Source: Microthyrium microscopicum (lineage: Eukaryota). From it: DNA of 64,000 nt. Made by a program: the position numbers and the translations under genes. Below, one piece after another: positions 50,150 to 60,950 of the stretch. Below the pieces are notes generated by a model, which saw only the letters and a program-made list of their open reading frames with translations, was not told where the DNA came from and did no database searches. Every line of letters begins with the position of its first letter. Position 1 is the stretch's first letter. The stretch lies in the NCBI GenBank assembly GCA_010405405.1, contig MU004239.1:744001-808000 (forward strand), given 5' to 3'.

Positions 50150-52104
50150 ATGCTCGACTCTTTTGAAATACTCACAACCTCCGGCGTAGTTCTATGGTCA
50201 AAGACCTATGTCCCTGTCGGAGCTTCCCTGCTTAATACCTTTATCCGCGATGTCTTCATAGAAGATAAAACAGACCGTTCTGGTCCCAATCAGTCGTACC
50301 GCAAAGATGGCCAAACCTTCAAATGGACCACCGCCAAAGATCTTGGTCTCATATTTGTGGTGAGTAACACTCTTACGCTCCAGAGCAAGTAGCGACTAAC
50401 AGCTTCAGGCCGTGTACCAAAGTCTCCTACATATCTCGTGGATAGATAAACTTCTGGATAATGTTCGCGCCCTTTTCACAGAATTATACAAAGACCAACT
50501 ATCGAAACCGCGCACTACCAAGATCGACTGTCCCTTCGATCCCTACTTCGAGCGCCAAATCCAAGACCTCGAGAAGACTGACGCAACAGTCGCGCCATCA
50601 TTTAGAGTCACAGCCCCTACAGATTCTGCTGCAGACCTGAGCGCGGAGGATACTGCTCCTAGCGAGTCAGAACGACCGCTAAGCAGATCGTTCGACATAT
50701 CCGATCCGTCAAGACCTGCATCACCAGCACAACACATTTTGACTGGAAAGGGTGGTCCTCGTGGCTCGAGACGATCGCGAAAAGCCGCCGCCGCTACAAT
50801 CAATGGCCTCGTACAATCATCTGGTGACGAGTCTTCAGGGAAAAAAAAGCAAGCATTAAAGGGGAAAAAGAAGCGCAACTGGGGCGCGGATGGATACGAA
50901 GACGACGGAGATGATCAACAGCTAGATTTCTCGAATCCGCAAGAAGATGGAGGCTCCAGAGCGAACTTGGAAGCAGTTGACTCGGCATCATGGGGTACAA
51001 CAACTGCTGATGGCCAATTCATGCTCAAGGATATTGGCGAAGAGATGAATGAGATATTAGGAGCAGCACAGCAGAAGAATGCAGACTCCAAAAAGGCAAC
51101 TGGAGTTGTTGGCTCGAGTCTAGGCACGATAGGCGGTCTGTTCCGAAATGTCGTGGGCGGCAAGACACTTACCGCCGCGGACCTCGACGGCCCCTTGAAA
51201 GGAATGGAAGACCATCTGCTTAAAAAGAACGTCGCGCGCGAAGCAGCAGTCCGTCTCTGCGAAACTCTTCAGCAAGACTTGGTTGGAACCAAAACCAGCA
51301 ACTTTACAAGTAATTCACCACCACTCTTCTCAATCGTCCAACTAACGCATTACAGGCATAGAAACCACCATCCGCGCTGCCATGGACCGCGCACTCCGCA
51401 AAATGCTCACCCCCACAACTCCCCTCGACCTCCTCCACGAAATCGCAGCCACAAAAGGGAAACGCCCCTACGTAATATCCATCGTCGGCGTAAACGGAGT
51501 CGGCAAATCTACAAATCTCAGCAAAATATGCTTCTTCCTTCTCCAAAACAAGCTCCGCGTCCTCATTGCCGCTGGCGATACCTTCCGCTCCGGTGCCGTC
51601 GAGCAATTACGCGTCCACGTACGAAACCTGCAAGAGTTGACCGCCCGCCAAGACGCCGGGGCTGTAGACATTTACGAGCGCGGCTACGGTAAAGATGCCG
51701 CCCATATTGCGAGAGATGCAGTAACCTACGCTGCCAGCAACAACTTCGACGTCGTTCTCATTGATACTGCGGGACGTCGCCACAACGACTCCCGCCTTAT
51801 GTCCTCTCTCGAGAAGTTCGCAAAATTAGCAAACCCAGATAAAATTCTCATGGTCGGCGAAGCACTGGTCGGTACGGATTCCGTAAGTCAAGCACGAAAC
51901 TTCGACGCAGCGTTTGGACCTGGACGGAGACTAGATGGTTTTATCATTAGCAAGTGTGATACTGTGGGCGATATGGTAGGAACCTTGGTTAGCATGGTGC
52001 ATGCCACAGGAATTCCAGTGCTGTTTTTGGGCACGGGGCAGCATTATAATGATCTCCGAGTCTTGCGCCCGGAAACTGTGGTGGAACTACTTATGAGGCC
52101 TTGA
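50150..52104 (+). CDS. SRP101: Signal recognition particle receptor alpha subunit, 3 exons
   Basis: MLDSFEILTTSGVVLW (SRX domain), GVNGVGKSTNLSK, DTFRSGAVEQL, DTAGR, GEALVG, SKCDT and GTGQHY.DL. Confidence 0.97.
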
Positions 52105-52204
52105 AAGTCCTGCCGTTCGTTGCATTAAGGTAGAATTCGTCGCATTGTATAATAGCGCAACGGGGTAGCATGGCGGTACGCGCTCTTATTTGAACTAACA
52201 GATC

Positions 52205-52219
52205 ATATATATATATATA
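52205..52219. repeat. Short (AT)n microsatellite between the convergent SRP101 and S28 3' ends
   Basis: atatatatatatata read directly. Confidence 0.8.
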
Positions 52220-52266
52220 CATCCATGGCCAGGTTGGATTACTGGTCTCATGTTCTACCACCCTTA

Positions 52267-54417
52267 CTAGTAATCGTCCTTATGTATGTGAATAGCTTGC
52301 TGGAATAACGGATTTCTTGCTGGACCGATCGGATGGTCTTCACGCTCGTTGGTCTCTGAAGTACATTCGCCGCGCCAGCGACAGCGCCAGGAATACTCTA
52401 GATTTGTTTTTTAATCTTCCATTGCGCTTCCTTTCGTGATGTGTATCAGACTTACCAGAAACCCACATATTCACAAAAGCACGCTCATATTCCTGCGCGA
52501 GGGAGACGGCGGATGGGATACTACCCTTGTGCGTCTCGTTCTTGAAGAGACCGTATTCGTCCCAGTGGTGAACTGCGCCGTTGATCTAGATATGTTAGCT
52601 TAAGATGATAGTCAAATTGATGGGGGAAGTACGTACTAGAACAAAGGGATGTTCGATATCGTCTGTTCGTTTGTTGGCTGTGGGTGCATGGACGCCTGCC
52701 CAACGCCATGGACTAAAAATGTAGTTAGTATGCAAGTAGTGGAAGGTGGAGAAGGAAGAATAGATTTACTCTGCCTGTCCGTCTACGAATGCTAGGCGAT
52801 TTGCGCTGATATTGAACCCACCATACTGGTTGACACTCTCGATGTCAGGCTTAATTGGAAGACTCATATTAAATGCGAGGACGCATGGCTGGCTCATATA
52901 GTCCATTGTCAGCAGGCGTGACACAACTGGTTTTATGCTCGTGGGTATTCCAGCACCAGTTTGGAAGTAGCCCCATTGGGTACAATATTGCCAGGTCCAG
53001 GAACGCCATTCAGAAGTAGAAAGGTTCGATTGTTTCCAGAAACTCGCGTTCGCTGAGCCGAAGCATTCGTCTTGCGTTTTGTTGGTTTCAGCGCAGGGGG
53101 TTATTGCTGTGCTGTTGATGAGAGAGAGGAGGTTAAGTGTGGCATTCACCAAGGTGGGCGTGGGTATCAAGGAGCCTTCGGCTTGAATGAGAGATATCAC
53201 ATTCGCTTGTTGCGCGAGTGATGCTGGGGAGAGAATGCTTGGTGCTGAGATATTGCTGCAGTAGCGTTCGAAGGAGTTTGAGGACACGTCGGCGTCCCAT
53301 ACTCGGCCTTGCCAGCCGGCGACTCCAATGTCTGTAATCACTTGGGCAAAGTCGGTGTCTGAGGTAATGTTTGGTAGGCCAAATGTGCTTTTTAGTTTAT
53401 TTTTGAGGTCGTCGTCCTTGGCGAGTAGGATGCCGTCGACGAGTTGGATAATTTCTTGGGTTGATTTGATACATGCTTGTGGACCGTAAAGACGCACTGC
53501 TTCCCTATTTGTGTTGTCAGCTCCTGTTAATATCGCGCGAGTTACAATAGATTACCAGTACTCCCAATAGTCTGTGACAGCGACGGGAACGCCTGAGGAG
53601 GATATGGCTCCCCAGAATACTTTTGGATAAAGCAATCGTAAGAAAGCCGCAAAGCTACCAGCATAAGAACCACCATAAACGATCCAGCTAGTCCAATCTG
53701 AGCTCAAATTCTCCCATTCGAGTCCCGGAAATCTGATGTGTTTGGCAAAATAAGCGTCTTCAGAACAATTCATTAGCACATGTCTCAACCGTTCGGTCAT
53801 GAAAAGCTTACAATCTGCCAGTGCTTGTTGAGTGTCTAGATACCTCAAGTTTTCAGTACTCAGGTCTTCAGTTGGCATACTATGACCATAGTATCTATGT
53901 TCGAGGATAACGCCAATTCCGTGAGTTTCTTTGATAAGCTGAGAAAGTATGCCTTTTTGAAGATATGGCAGCCTATTGACTCCTGTGGTTTCGCCGCTCG
54001 CAAGAACAATAACTGGACCTCCACGCTGATAGTAGCGGGCGTCAAACCAATAGCGTAAAGGGAAAGTGCCATTGAGATGGGGTGAGTATTTATCATCCTC
54101 TGGGAAGTGATCTATTGGGACAGAGAAATTCCATGCTGGATATAGATCTTGGAGATCAAGTGCTTGTGTTGTCATCTATGTCATGGTTAGTATGGTACTG
54201 GTTGATATCATACACCAAACAATGAGTAAGCGCTCGAAGCTTCTGATATTGATCAAAGAAACTAGAAGCAAGTCCAGGTATTATTATGACTTACGCTATT
54301 ACTTTCTTGTTGTTTTAGGATGCTCTTGAATTCAGTGTATGGGCCGACTGACATAGCCAGGCCAGTACCAGCTGCCAGAGCGGCAGCAGCCCCATATAGC
54401 ATTGTTCTTGGCTTCAT
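52267..54417 (-). CDS. Secreted serine peptidase, family S28, multi-exon
   Basis: Signal peptide at 54417; PIDHF, LEHRYYG.S, QQALAD, YGGSYAG (Ser), WTWQYCT.WG, DG..DPW (Asp) and GAVHHWD (His). The last exon and stop are less certain. Confidence 0.92.
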
Positions 54418-54926
54418 TTTGTCTATTCAAATACAAGTGTCAAGCTATTCACGATAAGAACATACTAAATAGTAGTGACATTTCTAGGGTGCTTGTATGG
54501 GGAGGCTGGAGGTGGAGTTGAGACGAGTGTTGTTGCCCGATGATCCCTGTCTGAGAGGTTGTTGACGATTGGGCGGTTAGTCAAGTCTCGTTTCTCTCCT
54601 CTCCTCTCTTCAACCAACCTTGACCTTGAACTAGTCGCTGCCTCAAACCACCGACTCCTAAATCCTACAACCTAAGAATCCTCATACATCGACACCAGAT
54701 ACCCAAATAAATCTCCGCCCAGCGAAACCCAGCATCGAACGCCCAAGAGGACTCAACCATACACCCCATCGCAAACCACCGGTTTTCTCCGCACCATGAT
54801 CTCATCGTCAAGATCTCCCTCATAAACGCGACTACCCACACCAACTAGTCCTTATACCATTCACGAGGCCAGTCACCTGGCGTGACCGAACTATCTCGCG
54901 ACGGACACGCCCCGACGCATTCGCAC

Positions 54927-57415
54927 ATGAAAATCCCGGCCTCACAATATGCTGCCGCATCCGTCTTCCAAAGCACAGCAACCGCAATAGCCAGCGTGGT
55001 CGACAATGGCGGCAAGCGCGATCGCGAATCCTTCAACTCCATCATTGGGGTTGTTACGGCGATATGCGGCAATGTTTTAATATCCATCGCTTTGAATACC
55101 CAGCGCTATGCTCATTTGCGATTGAACGAACAGTGGCTGGAACGGAGACGGCTGATCAGAAAAGCTGAACGGAGGAGAGAAGCTGCTCAGACGGCGAAAG
55201 AACGGAGGAGGAATGGAGAAGGCGCAAATGGAAGAGCGGAGGATGATACTGATGGCGAAGATGAGCGGGAGCCATTGTTGGGGTCTTACAGGTCGGACCA
55301 GGCGCAAGCCGACCATGACTCTGAACCGGAACTTAAGGAAGATGAGGCGCAGAAATCATACCTCAGTTCGCCGTACTGGTGGGCTGGCATTATCACCATG
55401 ACGATTGGCGAAGCTGGAAACTTTCTGGCCTACGGATTTGCGCCAGCTTCTATCGTGTCACCACTCGGAGTCGTCGCGATCATATCGAACTGCATTATTG
55501 CGCCGTTTTTCATGAAGGAACGCTTTCGCTGGAGAGATTTAATTGGAGTATTGATCTCTGTTGCTGGAGCCGTGACTGTTGTTTTCAGCGCCAACGAAAG
55601 CAACCCAAAACTAGGACCCGATGAAATATGGTCACTGATAACCACTTGGGAATTTGAGACTTACCTTGGAATCACTTCTTTGATGATATGCGCCTTAATG
55701 CTGGCTAGCAACAAGTATGGCGATAAATCAATATTCATTGATCTAGGTCTTGTTGGCCTGTTTGGTGAGTTCTCCATTTGAATAATACTGCAAACGCTAA
55801 TCTACTAAAGGTGGTTATACCGCACTATCAACCAAAGGCGTAGCATCTCTACTCTCTTACACCCTGTTCCAAGCTCTTACCTTTCCAGTCACTTATCTAC
55901 TGGTGATAGTGCTTGTCGGGACGGCAGTCATGCAAATCAAATACGTCAACCGCGCTCTTCAAAGGTTCGAGGCAACCCAGGTCATTCCCACTCAGTTTGT
56001 CATGTTTACACTTTGTGTTATCCTTGGAAGTGCGGTTTTATATCGTGACTTTGAGAAAACACCTGGAGACGAAGCTGGAGAATTCATCGGAGGCTGTGCC
56101 ATGACTTTTATTGGAGTGTGGCTTATCACCAGCGCTCGACCAAGGCCTTCTGACGACGATGAGGAGTTTGATGATGAAGATGAGGAAGCAATTCGATTGC
56201 GGGAAGGAGATCCTTATCAGGATGACCTGTCTATCACAGAAGTTGGTACGTTACACCAAAAATCCCATTTCATTTTTACGCTTTCGTTGCGGCGGCTCGG
56301 CTTTCCTTAGTTCCCATCTGCTTCATTACATATACTGGCTGGATCACGATGCATTTCTCGATATTTTATGTACTAGCCAAGCTGTGTTACCAGATTTGCC
56401 CGATGTGGATAAAGCGTGATATCTTGGGATTTTTCATTGTCTACATAGTTCAAGCTAATCAACTATAGGCGGATCCCGAGTAACACTGGATCGCAGTGTA
56501 TCGAACGCATCTTCAATGGAGCACAACCAACACCGAAAGTCTATGGCCAGCCATAGAAGTGACATATCATTACCAGAGTCCCTTGAAAGAAATCATTGGG
56601 ACTCTGCAGCAGCTTCTGGGACAGTTACGCCTGCAAGACCTACCATTGTAACCTATGGCACAACATCAGATCACTCAACTGGTCCCTTACCTCTCAATGG
56701 AAATCCATGGATCAGCGCTCAGGAGAGCGATAATAAGCAGAAAAGCTCCATACAAAGGTTTCTGGCACCACTCGTAACTCTTTTCCCTGGCCAACGCCAC
56801 ACGCCTCAGACTCTCCCATCAGTTCTTGAAGCTAGACACTCATCACCGGACATTAACGCAATTGAATCGGATTCCCCGTTACCGTACACTCCTCGTACAC
56901 CGCGAAACAACTCACATAGCCCTCATCATTCTCAAAACCACCTGACTCCTGGACCGACAATCTCCCACCGCCATTCTATAACTAATATCTACCCAGCTCC
57001 GTTCACGTCACCATTATCATCCTCATTGAGTGCTGTGGTCGCCGATTCCCTGCGCCGTGGCATGAGCAGACGTGGACTGCGGTCTAGACACACCACTCGT
57101 CCTCGCATACCAAACATGCCCTCAAATCCGCAAACCCGATTGCGCGGAAACTCTGAGTCGGAAGCAAGCGCTGACTATTACGAAGATGCAGCTGGCGGTA
57201 GCTCCTATTTTGATACTACCCATCCGTCTGCTCTCAGACGTAGTAGGTCTGAAGACGACGATGACGCTGGTGTGGAAATCGAAGCCGCAAATGAGCGACG
57301 GAAAAGTTTCAGTGCGCGCTTGGGCAGCTTTCTAAAGCGAAATAAAATGACTCCGCAAAAGGGGACAGACAACGCTGTGGGTAGCTCATCGGCATCTCAA
57401 GATGATCTGGTATAG
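54927..57415 (+). CDS. NIPA/DUF803 magnesium transporter-like membrane protein with a long disordered tail, 3 exons
   Basis: GN..IS.ALN.QRYAH, YL.SPYWWAG, GEAGNFLAYGFAPASIVSPLG, GGYTALSTK, QIKYVNRALQRF and VIPTQFV.FT. Confidence 0.93.
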
Positions 57416-57672
57416 ATTCTTTCGCGCAACTGGGCTTGCACACTGTTTATAACTTCTCGAGTTCGTTCTGCGGCACGATACTGCCTAGTTGGCTTACGAG
57501 GTGGTGCCTTTGCCTCGCCGCAATTCTTGCATACCCCTATATACCCTTCTAATGTACCATATTCTGATTTCAAGCCATTATCCTATTGACCGCATACGTC
57601 GGGTCTTCTAGAAGCAGGTCCCGCAATTCGCTGGCATCAATCAAGAAAAGCTGGACCGTTGTAGTACACTAT

Positions 57673-58671
57673 TCAAGCCTGACCAGCCGATAAACATGCA
57701 TCAATCAACGGCTCTAGTCCCCGTTGAATATGCTCTACTCCTTCTTCCATCAGTTTCGTCAGACTGAGAGTTGCTGCTTCTGACTTTAGATGCGCTGTGT
57801 AGTATTGTTGATAGACTCTACTCCAGTTAGCATTTTCTCGATTTTCCACACCATCGCTTTCGCAAGCTCCGTAATCTTCCAATCACTTACTTGTTAACGT
57901 TCACTTTAGTCACACCTTTCGCTATACACTGCCGCAGCAACTCATCCGGAACACCAGTAGTTCCATGCAACGCAATTCGCATTCTACCCGCAATTGAGCT
58001 CTGTATATTCTGCAGCCTGTCCTCGTCAGCTTTGCCCATGGGCACTGCAACGTACTGTCATACCTTTTCAAATCAAATTGTGGTCCTCTTGCGCCATAAC
58101 TCCCATGCACATTTCCAATCGCCGGCGCCAAAACATCAACACCCGCTGCCGCAAAATCCTCCACATCCTTCTCCGTCGTCAACACGCCCTCCAACTCTGC
58201 CGTGTCCGCAATCCCATCCTCACCACCCTCAATCCTCCCCGGCTCCGCCTCAACCGCAATGCCGCGCTCATGACAGTACTCTGTCAACTCTTTCGTCTTT
58301 CGTAAATTCTCCTCGCGCTCATGGTGAGACATGTCAATCATGATGCTATCAAATGGCAAGTTGTCTGCCGCGTACCGGATCTGCTCTTCATCTTGTGCGT
58401 GATCTAGGTGCACAGAAACAGGAATTGTGGCTTGTTTGGCGGCTTGCGCAGCGCAGTGGACAAGCAGGCCGGAGGAGAATGTTATGGCCCAGGGAAACAT
58501 TTCGATTATGAGGGGGGCGCGTTTTGCTTCGGCGGCGCGGATGGAGCCGATAATGTGTTCTAGGTTGTAGATTACTGGGCTTACGACTGCGTAGTGGCCT
58601 TGTTCGGCTGCTGAGAGTATCTGGAGGGTCTTGTTCTCGGAAAGAGGTTTAAAGGCTATTGGGGAAGCCAT
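57673..58671 (-). CDS. Class II ketose-bisphosphate aldolase (tagatose/fructose-bisphosphate aldolase-like), multi-exon
   Basis: VHLDH, DSIMID.S, EAEPGRIEG.ED, APAIGNVHG, ALHG and KVNVN. Confidence 0.93.
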
Positions 58672-59576
58672 GGTTATGGTGAATTGGTCTTCTTATGGCT
58701 GGCTTGAGTGGTGTATGCGAGTGACTCCCTGTATCAGTTGTGTATGCTAATGAAATTGAACACCCGAGAAATTGTAAGTATCTTGATTGAATCTGGCGTC
58801 TATGCTATGAAATAGTTGATTCTTCAAGGCGAGGTTGGAGAGTTGCCTTAATGCAAGCGATATAGGCTTCGATTCCCCACAGTTTCTACTCCTCCATATA
58901 AGCACTGATACCCTCGAGCTCTGATTTGCTCCACGTTGAGATGCTCTTGTGTTTTATCACGATGCATATTCCACATCAGGGATTATTGTACCTTGGTATA
59001 ACTTTGGTGTTTCGATACCTTTGAGGCTAGTCTATCTCACTACTTACAAATATCAAGTTCCCATATCCACCATGGCTTATCGCTTTGAGCTAGCTTTACC
59101 TCAACCCATTGGAAAGCTACGAATACAAATACGTCCGAGCAATGCCAAAGCAATATATTCAGCCGCCTTACAAAGACAACAACATAGGGCACACTGAATA
59201 CATCCGGACCAACCGCCACCACGTTTAGATAAATTACTACCTCAAGTTCTTCCGGAACTGACCCTACTTAATTTCTTCCGACCAGAAAAATCGAAGTTCT
59301 TAGACCACGTTGATCCACGGTATTGGCTCTGGAGCCCAATGGACTCATTGAAAACGTAAACGTAGGGGCATATGCGATGCCATGTCGCTCTCAGCGAGAC
59401 CGAATGGTTTATTAAGACAATTTTAAGTTCGACCTCCCCTGGCGTAGATTGTTCCTAAGTATATTGAAAGAGTTAAGAGACACCGTGCATAAAACTATTC
59501 TTCATCTCCCGTATTTGGTTCTTTCTTTAGCATTTCTATTCTGCGAATTAGTACCTGAAGCTCACAACTCGTCAAG

Positions 59577-60909
59577 ATGCTATTCCGCGCCTCTTTTGTG
59601 GTGCAACTTGTTGCATTACAGCAGGTGTTCGCAGCTCCACAACAGCCAAAAGCAGCCGAACAGCCAAAGACACCTGCGCAGGCAGGATGTACGAATCCTC
59701 GAATCAGGAAGGAATGGTAAAGTCCAGCAGACCAGGCTTATGTTCAAATGCTAATGACTGATAGGCGATCACTGACCGTTGACGAGCGAAAAGGCTTCAC
59801 CACCGCAGTCAACTGTCTAATGAACAAGCCTTCAAAGTTCAAAAAATACTACCCTCTAGTCGAAACGCGTTACGATGACTTTGTCGCGCTCCACGTCAAC
59901 GAGACTGGTATATCTGGTCAATTCGGACACCCGCAAGATGGACAACCTCACCCTGGCGCTGCGTTCAATCCGTTTGCACACGACGACGTACATGGCGGAG
60001 GATCGATTTTGCCGTGGCATAGATATGCGATTCAGTCATATGAAGATGCTTTGACGGAAGAGTGTGGATTGAAAATAGGCCTACCATGTGAGTGTAGAAG
60101 AGAAAGGATGCATTAGTGTGTACTGACTTGTAAGACTGGAACTGGTTCTTGGACTCTAAAGATGCTGGTGGCGACTTTGTCAAATCACCCCTTTTCGACC
60201 CGGTTTCTGGATTTGGTGGGAATGGAAAGAAGGAGAAGAATGCTGGTGGTTTCGGTGGTTTCGGTGGCTTCGGATTTGGTGGAACAGGCGGTGGATGCAT
60301 AAGTACGAACCTGAGCACACCACACTCGTCGAGCTTTGGGTGCTAATTCGCTATCTCTAGCCGATGGCCCATTCGTCAATCGCACACTCCGCATTGGGCC
60401 TCAAGGCAAGATGGCCGTTAACAACACGCGCTGCCTCAGAAGAGACTTCAACCCGAACGTTGTAGACCAGACTGCAAACAAGAAGGTCTTAGGACCACTT
60501 CTGAACTCCAAGACATACGCACAATTCTGCCAAGTGATAGGCATGCAACTTCATAACGTTGGACATATGAGTGTTGGTGGAGAGGTGAGCTTCCATATTT
60601 TCGAGGGATCTCTCTTATACTGACCACTTTAAGATGATGGATCCCTTCAACTCAGTCAATGACCCTCTGTTTTTCCTCCACCACTCGAATCTTGATCAAC
60701 TCTGGGCACTATGGGAAGAGCAAGACCCGAAACGACGGACCGATTATAGCGCGAGACAAGGAGAGGTGTTTGGGCCGGACTCGGTTATGTCCCTTGGAGT
60801 CTATGGAGCTCCGTGGACGGCAAAAGAGTTGATGGACACGCAAAATCGGGATGGGAAGGGTAAATTATGCTTCAAGTATGAGGGAATACCCATTGAAAAG
60901 TACTCGTAG
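59577..60909 (+). CDS. Secreted tyrosinase/catechol oxidase-like di-copper protein, 5 exons
   Basis: Signal peptide; C..PRIRKEW|RSL, YDDFVALH, VHG, LPWHR (CuA); PYWNW; LHNVGH and NDPLFFLHH.NLD.LW (CuB); no C-terminal shielding domain. Confidence 0.93.
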
Positions 60910-60950
60910 AATTAGACATGAAACTATCAGAGAATCTCACAAATCGAATA

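Noticed and set aside
58825..58885. tRNA-like string ending in TTCGATTCCCC
   Set aside because: No acceptor, D or anticodon stems could be paired; similar GTTCGA hits, such as ~59428, also fail.
46184..60909. Possible RiPP (ustiloxin-like) or secondary-metabolite cluster suggested by P450, peptidase and tyrosinase
   Set aside because: No DUF3328/UstY gene, repeat-core precursor, PKS, NRPS or terpene synthase was seen, and housekeeping genes are interleaved.
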